This document shows positions 40,027 to 50,997 of a stretch of DNA of 64,000 nucleotides, one piece after another. Under the pieces are notes generated by a model. The model saw only the letters and a program-made list of their open reading frames with translations, was not told where the DNA came from and did no database searches. The translations under genes and the position numbers were made by a program. Each line of letters opens with the position of its first letter. Within the stretch, counting starts at the first letter, position 1. The stretch is from Myxococcota bacterium. GTDB lineage: Bacteria > Myxococcota_A > UBA9160 > UBA4427. The stretch covers positions 444,823-508,822 of the forward strand of contig JBGCEJ010000023.1 of assembly GCA_045106235.1 (NCBI GenBank). Direction: 5' to 3'.

Positions 40027-40482
40027 ATGGGTCATTGGCGCAAAGCAGAGACGGGATCACAGCGGCACCAGCGCGTGATGGCGCAGGTCCCCGCACGCAT
40101 CTCCACCGTCGATGCTGAGCGGGATCCCGATACGGGTAAACTCTTCTTCCGCAGCACCGAGACCACCACCGCCAACCTCTCCCGCGGCGGAGCTTTTGTG
40201 CATTCCTGGGAGCCGCTCGCCCCGGGCCGTCGGGTCGTCATCAACTTCGAGTTGCCGACCGGAGCCGAGATCCAGGTGGTTGGCCGGGTCGCTTGGACAC
40301 GGCGTGAGCTTCGCCTGGGCGACACGCAAGAGCTTCAGCCGCCCGGCTACGGGGTTGAATTCGTGGGCGGGACTGCGGCCGAAGTCGCTGCGCTGGATAC
40401 CTACCTGAACAGCCCTCACACCTGGAGCCCGCCTGAAACAACGGGCGCCTCTCTGGCTCAGTCGTCGAGCGCATACTCCTGA
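40027..40482 (+). CDS. PilZ domain protein
   Basis: QRHQR...NLSRGGAFV...GRVAW...GYGVEF. Confidence 0.82.
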   Translation: MGHWRKAETGSQRHQRVMAQVPARISTVDAERDPDTGKLFFRSTETTTANLSRGGAFVHSWEPLAPGRRVVINFELPTGAEIQVVGRVAWTRRELRLGDTQELQPPGYGVEFVGGTAAEVAALDTYLNSPHTWSPPETTGASLAQSSSAYS

Positions 40483-41792
40483 ATTTTGCGCCTCAGAGTC
40501 GAGCGATCGATATCGAGTAGCTTGGCCGCTCGCGTCCGATTGCCGTCACAATCCGCAAGCGCCTGTGCAATCGCCCGCTGTTCAATTTCACGGAGCGTCA
40601 TGCCGCGCGGGACGCCCGCTGAACCCACCTCACCGTCCCCGCTCGCCACTGGACGCCGAGCCGAGGTTTCGACTTGTTCGAGCGGGAGATGACGGAGACC
40701 GATCGCGGTCGTTTCGCCCGCGGCGGCCCGCCCACCCTGCACGAGATTTCGCAGCTGGCGGATATTGCCCGGAAGGGGCGCCTGACACAGTGCCTCCATG
40801 GCCTCGGGCGTAAATCCGACTTCGGGCGCCTTATCGAAATGCGTCGCCAACAGCGGAATATCATCTCGGCGCGCAGCCAGCGGCGGTAATTTGATTTCGA
40901 TCCCGCGAAGTCGGTAGTAGAGATCTTCCCGAAGACTCCCTTCATCGATCATGACCTGTGCCGCGCGATTCGTCGCCGCGACAAAGCGTACGTTCACACT
41001 CTCCGGCCGCTCCGCCCCAACGGGCCGAACTTCGCCGTCGTCGATCACGCGCAGAAGTTTGGCCTGAAAACCCAGATCGAGCGTCTCGAGTTCATCGAGA
41101 AAGAGAACGCCCTCGTGTGCTTCCCGAAGCAAGCCCCGCCGATCACGATCAGCTCCCGTAAAAGACCCCCGACGATGTCCGAAGAACTCGCTCTCAAAAA
41201 GATCCGACGGCGACAGCGCGCAGTTATGAGCAACGAAGGGTCCCTTCGAGAGTCCCGAATGGGTATGAATCGCACGAGAGACCAGCTCTTTGCCCGTCCC
41301 CGTATCGCCGGTCACGAGCACATGAACGTCGCTCCGCGCCGCCATCAAGATGCGATGCCGAACTTCCACGATCGCCTTGCTATTGCCAATGAGCTCCGGC
41401 ACATGCGAATCCGCAACGACCGCGCGGGTCCTGGTCAGCAAAGCCCGATCCACGGCTGTGCTCACGCTCGCCGGGGTCGCGGGTTTCGGCAAATAGTTCA
41501 CGGCCCCGAGGCGAACCGCCTCCACGACATCCTCGACGTCTTCGTTGGCAGAGAGCACGATCGCCGGCAGATTCGGCCAGCGCTGCGCGAGATGCGTCAG
41601 GAGTTCGAACCCGTCCATCGACGGCATCCGAAGATCCGTAATCAACAGGTCGAAATGCCCGGTCTCGAGGGCCAGCAGCGCCTCAACGCCGTTCCCCGCA
41701 AGCCGAACCTCGAAGCCCTTCTCCTCCAGAAGAAGCTTCAGATACTCCGCCGAGGCGCGTTCGTCCTCAGCGACGAGAATCGAGTCCGCCAC
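40458..41792 (-). CDS. sigma-54-dependent response regulator (NtrC family)
   Basis: REC (DLRMP), GDTGTGKE, ESEFFGH-GSFTGA, FLDE, DLYYRL and a Fis-type HTH. Confidence 0.92.
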   Translation of the reverse strand: MADSILVAEDERASAEYLKLLLEEKGFEVRLAGNGVEALLALETGHFDLLITDLRMPSMDGFELLTHLAQRWPNLPAIVLSANEDVEDVVEAVRLGAVNYLPKPATPASVSTAVDRALLTRTRAVVADSHVPELIGNSKAIVEVRHRILMAARSDVHVLVTGDTGTGKELVSRAIHTHSGLSKGPFVAHNCALSPSDLFESEFFGHRRGSFTGADRDRRGLLREAHEGVLFLDELETLDLGFQAKLLRVIDDGEVRPVGAERPESVNVRFVAATNRAAQVMIDEGSLREDLYYRLRGIEIKLPPLAARRDDIPLLATHFDKAPEVGFTPEAMEALCQAPLPGNIRQLRNLVQGGRAAAGETTAIGLRHLPLEQVETSARRPVASGDGEVGSAGVPRGMTLREIEQRAIAQALADCDGNRTRAAKLLDIDRSTLRRKIQEYALDD

Positions 41793-41832
41793 TAGACGCC
41801 CTCTCCTATACCGGTCATTTCAGCACCTTCGC

Positions 41833-43194
41833 TCACGCCTGCCGCCCCTCCGCCTCGGGAATCACGGGAATCTCAACACGGACAACCGCACCCTTCTCAG
41901 CTCCCGGCCCGAGCTCAAGAGAGCCCCCCTGATCCTGAACGATGCGTCGCGCCAGGAAGAGTCCAAAGCCGCTGCCCTTTTTTTTAGTCGTGTAACCCGG
42001 CACGAAGATCTGGTCGGCCACCTCCGCCGAGATGCCCTCCCCTTCGTCCGCAATGAGCACAACGCAGCGGCCTTCCTCGCGAAGCACCTTCGCCCGTCCG
42101 ACGCCGCGCCCATCCATCGCCTCGACTGCGTTCCGCATCAGAATCACGAGCAACTCAAGAAAAGGCGTCGCGCTAATCGGAATCACGAGATCCTCCGCGC
42201 CCGGCTCTATTTGAACCTGCCACTCGACCGACGGACTCGCCCGGGTCATTTCGCTTCGCGCTTCTTCAAGTACTTCAACGACTCGTGCCGAAGCTCCCGG
42301 CCCCGCGGACCGCTCGCCAATCTTCTGCTTTGTATCCGATGAGCGACGCTCGGTCGCCTCCGCTGATTCGAAAGAGATACCGGCGACAGGGGCCGCGCTC
42401 GCCTTTTTCTCTGCGCCCGCATCGAGGGCCGCCGCTGGCCCCGTCTCCGAAAGCGTCAACCGCGCCAGTTTCTCAAGTTCATCGATCGTCGTTCGCAGCC
42501 CAGCGAGCGCTGCATTCGAAGATGCGCCGCCCTCCAACTGGGGCTCGATCAAACCCACAAAGCCTCTCAAACTATGAACGGCATTTTTGAGCCCGTGGGC
42601 GAGCCGAGCGACGTTCTCTCCTACCCGCGAAACGACGCGCTCGTCTTCGAGCTCACGTTGCAACGCATCGAGCCGCTCGCCCAACTCGTCGCCCTGCTCT
42701 CGAAGCAAGCGCTCCCCCGTCTCGCGACGGCGGGCCACGCCCCAGCCGAGTCCGCCCATGACCGCGAGCGCACCGGCTTCGAAAAGCCAAAGCTGCCAGC
42801 CAGAGGCGAGCCCAAACAAGGACTGCACGAGGAGCAGCACGCTAATCGACGCGCCAGTCACACCAAAGACACCCAGCGGCGTCATCGACACGCCCGCGAG
42901 GGCGACTTCGATGAAAAAGGCAGCGAGGAAGGGCGACTTGAGTCCCTGCGTGAACGTCGCCAAGGCGCCCCAGCCCAACAGGCCGAGAACGGGAGAAGCC
43001 ATATGCGCGATCGGCGAGACGAATCGCATATCGCGGGCCAGCCAGAGGATCAGTCCGGGGCCAGCAGTCAAGGCGACAATCCAACCCACCAAAGGCCCGG
43101 AGCGCAGCGCAGAACTCAGCCACACGGCAGCAAGACCGCCCAGGCAGAGTGCCAGCGGCCTGGCGAGAAGTGCGCGTTCGACGCTCTTGTTCAT
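41833..43194 (-). CDS. membrane sensor histidine kinase
   Basis: Several TM helices, AHGLKN H-box, NAVEAM, DEGEG and GSGFGL boxes. Confidence 0.88.
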   Translation of the reverse strand: MNKSVERALLARPLALCLGGLAAVWLSSALRSGPLVGWIVALTAGPGLILWLARDMRFVSPIAHMASPVLGLLGWGALATFTQGLKSPFLAAFFIEVALAGVSMTPLGVFGVTGASISVLLLVQSLFGLASGWQLWLFEAGALAVMGGLGWGVARRRETGERLLREQGDELGERLDALQRELEDERVVSRVGENVARLAHGLKNAVHSLRGFVGLIEPQLEGGASSNAALAGLRTTIDELEKLARLTLSETGPAAALDAGAEKKASAAPVAGISFESAEATERRSSDTKQKIGERSAGPGASARVVEVLEEARSEMTRASPSVEWQVQIEPGAEDLVIPISATPFLELLVILMRNAVEAMDGRGVGRAKVLREEGRCVVLIADEGEGISAEVADQIFVPGYTTKKKGSGFGLFLARRIVQDQGGSLELGPGAEKGAVVRVEIPVIPEAEGRQA

Positions 43195-43243
43195 GGTCCC
43201 GGAAACGTCGCCCGGTTCGCCGCGTGGGGCCAGGGTTGGAACG

Positions 43244-43290
43244 AAGAAAAAGCAAGAGCCCCTGCGAAGTCCGCCGGGGCTCTCATTTTT
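43244..43290. terminator. rho-independent terminator after the RRM gene
   Basis: AGAGCCCC...GGGGCTCT stem flanked by A-rich and T-rich runs. Confidence 0.65.
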
Positions 43291-43299
43291 CAGATCGTT

Positions 43300-43614
43300 C
43301 TACCAGCGGCCGCCGCCGCCGCCACCACCATCACGGCCACCGCCGCCACCACCACCGCCGCCGCCACCGCGACGCTTGTCGAGTGCCTCGTTCACGCGGA
43401 GCGCTCGGCCACCGTAGTCACGGCCATCGAGTTCGCCGATGGCTTTGTCGGCATCGGCCCCCTCCATTTCCACAAAGCCGAAGCCGCGTGAGCGGCCCGT
43501 CTCGCGGTCGTTTACGACGGCCGAGGACTGAACGGCGCCATAGGTAGCGAAGAGTTCACGCAGATCCTCATCCGTCGTGCTCCAAGGAAGGTTGCCAACA
43601 TAAATCTTCTTCAC
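43300..43614 (-). CDS. RRM RNA-binding protein with Gly-rich tail
   Basis: IYVGNL (RNP2), RGFGFVEM (RNP1), LRVNEA and a poly-Gly C-terminus. Confidence 0.93.
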   Translation of the reverse strand: MKKIYVGNLPWSTTDEDLRELFATYGAVQSSAVVNDRETGRSRGFGFVEMEGADADKAIGELDGRDYGGRALRVNEALDKRRGGGGGGGGGGGRDGGGGGGGRW

Positions 43615-44011
43615 GAACTCACTCCGTGCCGGGCGGGAAGTTCCGAAGATCCTCTGCCCAGCCTATGGCCCACCGACATCTGTTTTACAACGCACTCGGT
43701 CTCGGTCGAGGTTGCCCCCACGCAAGCCGCCCTCGTCTGTCGAACGAACCCTTCAATTCGGCGCCGACGCCTTCATGGTTCCGACGCGCCTGGGGAACAA
43801 AGCCTGTCTGAACGACTGACGGAAGTCCGAGTGGCTGTTTTCCTTAGGCGACCTAAAAGTAATGAATCGCTGCGGTCTGTGCCAGATCGGAAAAACCACG
43901 TTTACCCTGCGAAACGACCGATATGGGTCTCAGTCAGTCTTTCAACGAAACCAACTCACCCGGCTGAACAGGCTTCCCGCGTGAATCAACGCAGAATTGA
44001 GAACCATCGGG

Positions 44012-44770
44012 TTAGCGATTCGAAGGTCCGCGATTGAAGCGACCCTGTCGCAGAAATGCGTCAACCTGCCGCGCGACCCCCGCAGAGTTCACGATGAAGG
44101 TATGTGTATGGGGCAGCACAAGGTGGTCCTCCATTCCGTCTAGGCGCGTACTCGCCACGCTCACGGTTCCATCATGGGGCGAAGGCAACCAGATTGGACC
44201 GACGGGATTCACCCAGCGGTCCCCTGCAATCACGCCGAACGGAATACGCGGCGCCGAAAGGCTTTGAGGCAAATCCGATTCGCGAGTCCCGAGCTGTCCC
44301 GCGATGGGCCCCAAAACACTTTTGGTGACGCGTAAATCCCGAAGCTCATCCGCGATCTCGCTACCCTGGTTAGGCGGTGCAAGCATGACCGCACGACCGG
44401 CCTCCGGCAGCGACTCGGCTTCGAGCAAAGCGCGCAAGACCAAGCCACCCAGCGAATGCGTCACGAAATGCACGGCTTCGGCGCCCTCCGCACAACGCTT
44501 GACCGCGGGCGCCACCTCCTCAAGGATCTCTTCAATTCCCTGGACACGGGTATCGTAGTTCAAGTTACAAACCGAATACCCCATCGCCCGAAGTCGCCAT
44601 TCCAAGATCAGCATGTTCCGCGCGCTTCGCCCCAGTCCGTGCAAAAGGACAACCGTGTCGCCCCGCTCAACGGGGTTGATCGTCTCAGCGCCCAAGGCGG
44701 CTCTGCCCCCGCCGACCAGCATCGGTATCGAAAGCAAAACCACAAGCAGAGCGATTCGTCCCCACCCCAC
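44012..44770 (-). CDS. secreted alpha/beta hydrolase (lipase/esterase-like)
   Basis: VLLHGL, THSLGG nucleophile elbow, HDGTV and HTHT; signal peptide. Confidence 0.85.
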   Translation of the reverse strand: MGWGRIALLVVLLSIPMLVGGGRAALGAETINPVERGDTVVLLHGLGRSARNMLILEWRLRAMGYSVCNLNYDTRVQGIEEILEEVAPAVKRCAEGAEAVHFVTHSLGGLVLRALLEAESLPEAGRAVMLAPPNQGSEIADELRDLRVTKSVLGPIAGQLGTRESDLPQSLSAPRIPFGVIAGDRWVNPVGPIWLPSPHDGTVSVASTRLDGMEDHLVLPHTHTFIVNSAGVARQVDAFLRQGRFNRGPSNR

Positions 44771-44772
44771 GA

Positions 44773-45402
44773 CTAACGCACGCGTACAGAGAGTGATTCA
44801 TCTTCGGGCCCAATCCTCTCTAAGAAGCCCTCGACGGACGCAGGGATCGGGACATCGCTTTCCGGCGAGTAAGCCGTCGACCAGAATCGGCGCCAGGAGG
44901 GGAAGAACGCGGCAAAGCCCCCTTCGTAGGGATCTTGACCGGGCCAACGCATCTTATTCGCCCCGATCGGGGGCTTATTCAAATCCGTCGCATACCAGTA
45001 CAGCGGCAGCCGGCGGCGAAAGAGCCATCGCCCCTCGACCCGCTCATAACGATCCCAGTACATCATCGTCATGATGATCCACTCGTCGCCCGTCTCGTGT
45101 TCGTTCCGGCTATAGACGAGTCCGCGCGCGGTCTCCTCGTCCTCAAACTCGATGATGTGATTGCCTGTCACATGGGCCGTGCCCGTGAACTGCTCGCGCA
45201 AGGTCTGGTCAAACCAAACCTTGAGCGCGCGACGTCCACGCGCCTCGCGGCTCACGCGAACGTCTTCCGGGAAGAGCCCGCAGAGCGAATCCAGGTCGCG
45301 CATATCAAGCGCGAGGCAGTACTTGGCGACCAGCTGTCGAATCTCATCGAGACTCTCAAGCCGGTCGAGTCTTTCGTCCTGCGTCGCTGGTTGCCAGACC
45401 AC
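44773..45402 (-). CDS. SnoaL/LinA-like NTF2-family protein
   Basis: RLESLDEIRQLVAKYCLALD, HVTGNHII and YWDRYER...WLFRRR. Confidence 0.82.
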   Translation of the reverse strand: MVWQPATQDERLDRLESLDEIRQLVAKYCLALDMRDLDSLCGLFPEDVRVSREARGRRALKVWFDQTLREQFTGTAHVTGNHIIEFEDEETARGLVYSRNEHETGDEWIIMTMMYWDRYERVEGRWLFRRRLPLYWYATDLNKPPIGANKMRWPGQDPYEGGFAAFFPSWRRFWSTAYSPESDVPIPASVEGFLERIGPEDESLSVRVR

Positions 45403-45408
45403 GCCCGA

Positions 45409-48225
45409 CTACGTCTCGTCCGAGGACTTCGCCGCCTTCTTCTTTGCGGCCGTCTTTGTCGCCTTTTTCGATGCCTTTTTCGCGGCGGACTTTTTCGCAG
45501 CGGCCTTCTTCTTGGGCGCCTTCTTGGCGGCGGCTTTCTTCTTCGCGGCTTTTTTCTTGGCCGGCTTCTTCTTCGGCTTCGGTGCCGGGATTTCCTGGAC
45601 CCATTTTCCGTCCTGGAAATGGGCGCGCCAGCCCGTGGTCTTCCCGTCCTTCTCGGACGTCACGTATTGCTCCTTCGTCTTCCGCGCGAAGCGGACCACG
45701 GAGGGACGCCCCTCATGATCCTGCGTCGGCGCATCCGCGAGGTAGCGGTATTTCGGATCCAGCTGATCCTTTACGAAGACGATCTCTTCGACCGTAGGAG
45801 CCCGAGTCTCTCGATGCTTCGGGAACTGGCTCGCTGCCAAGAAGATTCCCGCGGCGCCGTCTCGGAGAAGATAGAAATCATCACATTTCTCGCATTCAAG
45901 ATGCGGCATCGGAATCGGGTCGACCTTCGGCGGCGCGGGCTCACCACTGCGGAGCAGCTTCCGGGTGTTCTTGCATTCTTCTGCGGTGCAGCCGAAATAT
46001 TTGCCGAAGCGACCGGATTTCAGCTCCATATTCTCGCCGCATTTATCACACTCGAGAATGGGGCCGTCGTATCCCTTGATCTGGAACGTCCCCTCCTCGA
46101 CTTCGAACCCGTCGCAGTCGGGATTATTCCCGCAGACATGCAGCTTCCGCTTCTCGTCCACGAGATAACTATCCATCGCGGTCTTGCATTTCGGACAGGG
46201 ACGCTTCTTCAGGAGTCGGCGCGCTTCGCCCTCCCCCTCGTTCTCCGTGTCCGTATCGTCAACCGATTCCGCCTCTTCGCCGGGGATCAAGTTGATGGTG
46301 CTCTTGCATCTTTCCTTCGGCGGAAGCGCGTAGCCCGAACAGCCGAGGAAAACGCCGGTGCTAGCGGTCCGAACCTGCATGGGCCGCTCACATTTAGGAC
46401 ACGCAACATCCGTATCCGTGGGCGAGTTCGAACGCATGCCGTTCTCTTTGTCTTCTGCTGATGTGAGTTTTGCACGGAAGTCGGTGTAGAAATCCCCGAG
46501 GACCTTCTTCCACTTTTTGGAGCCCTCGGCGACTTCATCGAGAGACTCTTCGAGCTCGGCAGTAAAGCCGTAGTCCATCAGGTCGCCGAAATTCTCGACG
46601 AGTCGTTCCGTGACGATCTCGCCCATCTTCTCCGCCTTGAAGCGACGGCCATCAAGGCGCACGTAGCCACGGTCCTGAATCGTCGAAATAATCGAGGCGT
46701 ATGTAGAGGGCCGACCGATGCCGCGTTTTTCGAGTTCCTTAACAAGACTCGCTTCGCCGTAGCGTGCCGGCGGCTTCGTGAAATGCTGCTTCGGGTCGAG
46801 CTTCTCGAGCTTCAGACGATCGCCCACCTGCACATCGGGCAGAGGCACATCCGCATCCCCGCTGCGCCCCGAGGTCGGCTGCGCGGCGGTATGACCGTCG
46901 AACACAAGGATTCGGCCGCGGGTCTTCAACTCAAACTCGCTGGCGGTGACCGTGATATTCGTCGATAGGTACTCAGCGGGATTCATCTGGCAGGCCACGA
47001 ACTGGCGCCAGATCATGTCGTAAAGGCGTTCCTGATCGCGCTCGAGGCCCCCAATCGAACCGGGTTTGACCGCGACATCCGACGGGCGAATCGCCTCATG
47101 CGCTTCCTGCGCGCCTTCTTTACTCGAATAGGACTTCGCCTCTTCGGGCAAATAGCGATCCCCGAAATCAGCCTGAATCACGCCGCGACAGCCTTCAACC
47201 GCCTCTGCGGAGAGATTCGTCGAATCGGTTCGCATGTAGGTGATGTGGCCGGCTTCGTAGAGACGCTGGGCGAGCATCATCGTCTTTTTGACGCTGAAGC
47301 CGAGCCGCGTACTCGCCGCTTGCTGAAGAGTCGACGTGATATAGGGCGCGCCCGGCCGAGTCTTGGTCGGCTTGTCCTTGCGTTCTGTGACATCGTAATC
47401 CGCCGCCTCAAGCAGTCGGAGCGCGACGTTCGTCTGTTCTTCGTTATTCGGACGGAAGTTCTCGCCGTTTCGTTTCGAGACCTCGAGTCGCAGCGCTTCC
47501 TTCGCCTTGGTCGTCGTATCCGCGTGTACTTCCCAGAATTCTTCAGGAATGAAGGCGCGGATTTCACGTTCACGCTCGACAATCAATCGCGTCGCAACAG
47601 ACTGAACGCGTCCCGCAGAGATGCCGCGCGCAACCTTCGCCCAAAGCAGCGGCGACAACATGTATCCAACGACTCGGTCCAGGAAACGCCGGGCCTGCTG
47701 TGCGTTGACGCGTGAGATATCCAGTTCACCTGGATCTTCGAAGGCCTGCTGAATCGCCGTCTTCGTAATTTCGTTGAAGACCACACGCTTGAATCGCTTG
47801 TCGTCGCCGCCGATCACTTCGCGCAGATGCCAGGCGATCGCCTCCCCTTCGCGGTCGAGGTCCGTTGCGAGATAGACCGTATCTGCGTTCTTCGCGAGCT
47901 TCTTGAGCTCGGTGACGACCTTCTCTTTACCTGGCAAAATTTCGTAGTTCGCGTCCCAATCCTTCTCCGGATTGATCCCCATGCGCGCGAAAAGGGCCTT
48001 CTTGGCCTGGGCCTTCTTATGTTTCTCGCGCTTTCCCGGGGGCATCTTGCGGGTTTTCGCCGCAGCGGCCGCCCTCGCCTTCGCATCGACCTTCTTCCCT
48101 GAGCCGCTGACCGGGAGGTCACGGATATGCCCGACACTGGACTTCACCACAAAATCTCGGCCGAGATATTTGTTGATGGTCCGCGCCTTGGCCGGCGATT
48201 CTACGATGACGAGCGACTTCCCCAT
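45409..48225 (-). CDS. topA: DNA topoisomerase I
   Basis: [29 protein letters not shown], catalytic [18 protein letters not shown], zinc ribbons and a Lys/Ala tail. Confidence 0.97.
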   Translation of the reverse strand: MGKSLVIVESPAKARTINKYLGRDFVVKSSVGHIRDLPVSGSGKKVDAKARAAAAAKTRKMPPGKREKHKKAQAKKALFARMGINPEKDWDANYEILPGKEKVVTELKKLAKNADTVYLATDLDREGEAIAWHLREVIGGDDKRFKRVVFNEITKTAIQQAFEDPGELDISRVNAQQARRFLDRVVGYMLSPLLWAKVARGISAGRVQSVATRLIVEREREIRAFIPEEFWEVHADTTTKAKEALRLEVSKRNGENFRPNNEEQTNVALRLLEAADYDVTERKDKPTKTRPGAPYITSTLQQAASTRLGFSVKKTMMLAQRLYEAGHITYMRTDSTNLSAEAVEGCRGVIQADFGDRYLPEEAKSYSSKEGAQEAHEAIRPSDVAVKPGSIGGLERDQERLYDMIWRQFVACQMNPAEYLSTNITVTASEFELKTRGRILVFDGHTAAQPTSGRSGDADVPLPDVQVGDRLKLEKLDPKQHFTKPPARYGEASLVKELEKRGIGRPSTYASIISTIQDRGYVRLDGRRFKAEKMGEIVTERLVENFGDLMDYGFTAELEESLDEVAEGSKKWKKVLGDFYTDFRAKLTSAEDKENGMRSNSPTDTDVACPKCERPMQVRTASTGVFLGCSGYALPPKERCKSTINLIPGEEAESVDDTDTENEGEGEARRLLKKRPCPKCKTAMDSYLVDEKRKLHVCGNNPDCDGFEVEEGTFQIKGYDGPILECDKCGENMELKSGRFGKYFGCTAEECKNTRKLLRSGEPAPPKVDPIPMPHLECEKCDDFYLLRDGAAGIFLAASQFPKHRETRAPTVEEIVFVKDQLDPKYRYLADAPTQDHEGRPSVVRFARKTKEQYVTSEKDGKTTGWRAHFQDGKWVQEIPAPKPKKKPAKKKAAKKKAAAKKAPKKKAAAKKSAAKKASKKATKTAAKKKAAKSSDET

Positions 48226-48320
48226 ACAGCCTCGCTGCTCCTCGGTGGGTGCGGGTGCCCGGTCATGTCAGGGGGGGGCGACATAGACGAGCGATTGACA
48301 ACGGACGCTTGATGAGACCG

Positions 48321-48349
48321 AGTTCGGACGCCGCGCGAATTTTCTTGAG
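48321..48349 (-). promoter_or_regulatory. sigma-28-like promoter upstream of topA
   Basis: Minus strand CTCAAG-N15-TCCGAACT. Confidence 0.55.
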
Positions 48350-48584
48350 ACGCTGAGATCCGACCCCACCTTGCGGCGTCACCGGTTAGCACAGCCCCCC
48401 CGGTGGATGGCAAGACCCCGCCTGGCGTCGCGGAGGGGCTCTTTCACCTCTAAAACCGGAAAAACCGACGGCACGTCGCGCAGATAGAGTGGATTCCAAA
48501 AAACGCGCGAGATTTGCGCTTGGCCCCGCAAAGGGGAAGAATGCGGCACGCCCGCCCCTTCCTAGTCCCCTGCGGGTATCCGTG

Positions 48585-49811
48585 ATGACCGATTCAGAAT
48601 TCCAGCGCCGCGTCGCGCGAAACCCCGCTCTGCTGTGCGCCCAGCATGCGCTGATGATGTCGCTGTTCCCGATGGCCATCGTCACGCTCTTCCTGCAGGA
48701 CCACCTCGGCCTCACGATGGCGGAGATTATGTGGGTCCAGGCGGCCTTCGGCATTGGACTCGCTGTCTTCGAATTCCCCTCCGGCTATCTCGCGGACCGA
48801 ATTGGATACCGGCGGAGCATGATCCTCGCTTCTCTGCTGTCCGTCTTCGCGTGGACCCTCTACTCCATGGCGATCGGCTTCTGGAGCGTCGTCGCGGCAC
48901 AGATCATGATGGGCTTCGCACTCTCGCTCGTTTCCGGCACAAACTCGGCCATGCTTTTCGAATCGCTCGCGAATCTCGACCGCGAAAACGAATTCACAAA
49001 ATGGTTCGGTCGCGCACGATTCTTTGGCCAGTTCGCGGAAGGGAGCGCAGCCCTCGTTGCCGGGATCCTCTTCGCGATTTCCGTTCGACTCCCCTTTCAG
49101 CTGATGATCCTCGTCTGGATTCTCAATCTGGGCATCGCACTCCTGATGGTCGAACCCCGCTTCGAGCGTCATGCCGTCGAGAAGCCTCTCGAACATGTCC
49201 GCAAGCTTCTTCACTTTGTTCGCTTCCGCGCCCCGCGCCTCCGAGCGCTCTTCGCGGTGAGCGTGGCGCTCGGCTTGGCCAGCTTTGTTCCGGTTTGGAT
49301 CGTCACGCTCTACGCCCGAGATGCAGGCGTCCCACTCTCGTGGCTCGGCCCGATGTGGGCGGCTGCCAATTATTGTGTCGCCCTCGGATCCCTCGCAAGT
49401 GACCGCTTGGGTCGGTCATTATCCCTCGTGACGGTCTGCGTCCTATGCACCGCACTCATCACCCTCGGCTATCTCGGAATGGGATTCACCTACGCGTGGT
49501 GGGGATTTGCATTCTATTTCGCGTTCAACCTCAGCCGCGGCCTTTCCGGACCGCTGCTTGCCCACGCGGAGCAGGAAGAAATCCCCTCCGGCGATCGCGC
49601 CAGCGTGGTCTCGATGCGAAGCCTGCTCTTTCGCGCAGCGTTCGTCGTCGTGGGACCGATCGTGGGGATGCTGATCGATGTCCAGGGTCGGCATTCCGTG
49701 CTGCTCGGACTCGGCGTCTTCCTCGCAATCGCAGCGCTCCTCGCCTGTCGGGAACTGGCGCAGCATCCCGCTCAGGAGCCCGATCCCACTCCCACGCGAG
49801 CATCTATATAG
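48585..49811 (+). CDS. MFS transporter
   Basis: EFPSGYLADRIGYRRS motif A, SGTNSAMLFESL and about 12 hydrophobic segments. Confidence 0.88.
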   Translation: MTDSEFQRRVARNPALLCAQHALMMSLFPMAIVTLFLQDHLGLTMAEIMWVQAAFGIGLAVFEFPSGYLADRIGYRRSMILASLLSVFAWTLYSMAIGFWSVVAAQIMMGFALSLVSGTNSAMLFESLANLDRENEFTKWFGRARFFGQFAEGSAALVAGILFAISVRLPFQLMILVWILNLGIALLMVEPRFERHAVEKPLEHVRKLLHFVRFRAPRLRALFAVSVALGLASFVPVWIVTLYARDAGVPLSWLGPMWAAANYCVALGSLASDRLGRSLSLVTVCVLCTALITLGYLGMGFTYAWWGFAFYFAFNLSRGLSGPLLAHAEQEEIPSGDRASVVSMRSLLFRAAFVVVGPIVGMLIDVQGRHSVLLGLGVFLAIAALLACRELAQHPAQEPDPTPTRASI

Positions 49812-49962
49812 AAGGATGAAATCACCGCCGGTCTTGCAAGGCGATTCCGCGATGCGGCAGCCAGATGAACTCCATATGCTCTCGCCCGTGACGTCTAATC
49901 ACTCGGTAGAGCAGTCCCGAAAGAGGAGCCCCAGATGGATCACAAGGTGGATCCCGGAGTGG

Positions 49963-50334
49963 ATGGCCATCGCCGCGGGCGGCGCCCTCGGCGCGAGCCT
50001 CCGCTTCGGCTGTACCCGGGCCGCCATGACGTTGGCGCCAGACCAACTTTGGTGGGCGACGGGAGCCTCCAATGTGATCGGCGCTCTGCTGCTCGGGCTG
50101 CTCCTGGCGCGGGTCGATGACCAGCGAAGCCCTCTGCTTCGCCCTTTCCTGGCGACCGGCCTGCTGGGCTCGTTCACCACCTTCTCAACCCTCCTGCTCG
50201 AAAACAGCCAATTTTTCGAGACTTCTCCGGCTTCAGCGCTTCTGCACTTGGGCCTGATCATCGGACTCGGGCTGCTGGCGTTTACGGCTGGAGAAGCCAT
50301 CGGTTCCCCATCAACGCGGGGCCTCGGTTCATGA
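49963..50334 (+). CDS. crcB: Fluc/CrcB fluoride channel subunit 1
   Basis: GGALGASLR, N in TM2 and GLLGSFTTFST; start uncertain. Confidence 0.82.
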   Translation: MAIAAGGALGASLRFGCTRAAMTLAPDQLWWATGASNVIGALLLGLLLARVDDQRSPLLRPFLATGLLGSFTTFSTLLLENSQFFETSPASALLHLGLIIGLGLLAFTAGEAIGSPSTRGLGS

Positions 50335-50723
50335 CTGAATTCCTACTTTGGCAAAGCGTTAGCCTCGGCGGCGCCTTGGGTGCCCTGGCTCGAGCCGCTT
50401 GCCTCCGCGCGATCGCTGCCTCCTCCGGGACTTCCGACGATGAAATACTCCTCAGCCAGCGCCGCGGGATTCGCCTCGCCAATACCCTCGGCTGCCTCGC
50501 ACTCGGTTGGCTGAGCCAGGGGGAAACGGAGACCTGGCCCGAAGGACTTCGCGCTGCATTGATCGTCGGGGTATGCGGCTCGCTGACCACGTTTTCTACG
50601 CTCTGCGCTCAGCTCATCCAAACCCTGCGCGGTCCCGGCGGGATCAGATCCGTAGCCTGGGAGCTTCTTCTAAGCCTGGGATTCGGATACGCAGCCCTGC
50701 AGCTCGGCTTCGCCCTCGGCTGA
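50331..50723 (+). CDS. crcB: Fluc/CrcB fluoride channel subunit 2
   Basis: [15 protein letters not shown] and [11 protein letters not shown]; ATGA overlap. Confidence 0.8.
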   Translation: MTEFLLWQSVSLGGALGALARAACLRAIAASSGTSDDEILLSQRRGIRLANTLGCLALGWLSQGETETWPEGLRAALIVGVCGSLTTFSTLCAQLIQTLRGPGGIRSVAWELLLSLGFGYAALQLGFALG

Positions 50724-50997
50724 ACCGAGCCTCTTGCGCTTCCGCATCCATGACGGACGGCGTGGATATTCCCGCAGGGGGCAAGCTCCTCGCTCCCAGG
50801 ACCTCGATCCGATCGCCGGGAGGCTGTACACTGCGCGACGCCCATTGGGCAAACGCGCAAGCCATCGTGACCCCGCCGGGGTCCCGGCTCAGCGAACCGC
50901 CTCGAAACCTCAGCAAGCATTTAACTCGGCGCAAAAGCCGCCTGTGGAAATGCGCTTGGAAGACGCCCCTCTCTCTGTGCGAAGGGCTGCGAGAAAC

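Noticed and set aside
49812-49880. Fluoride riboswitch upstream of crcB (two GATGA words)
   Set aside because: The P1 stem and pseudoknot complementarity of the consensus are not present.
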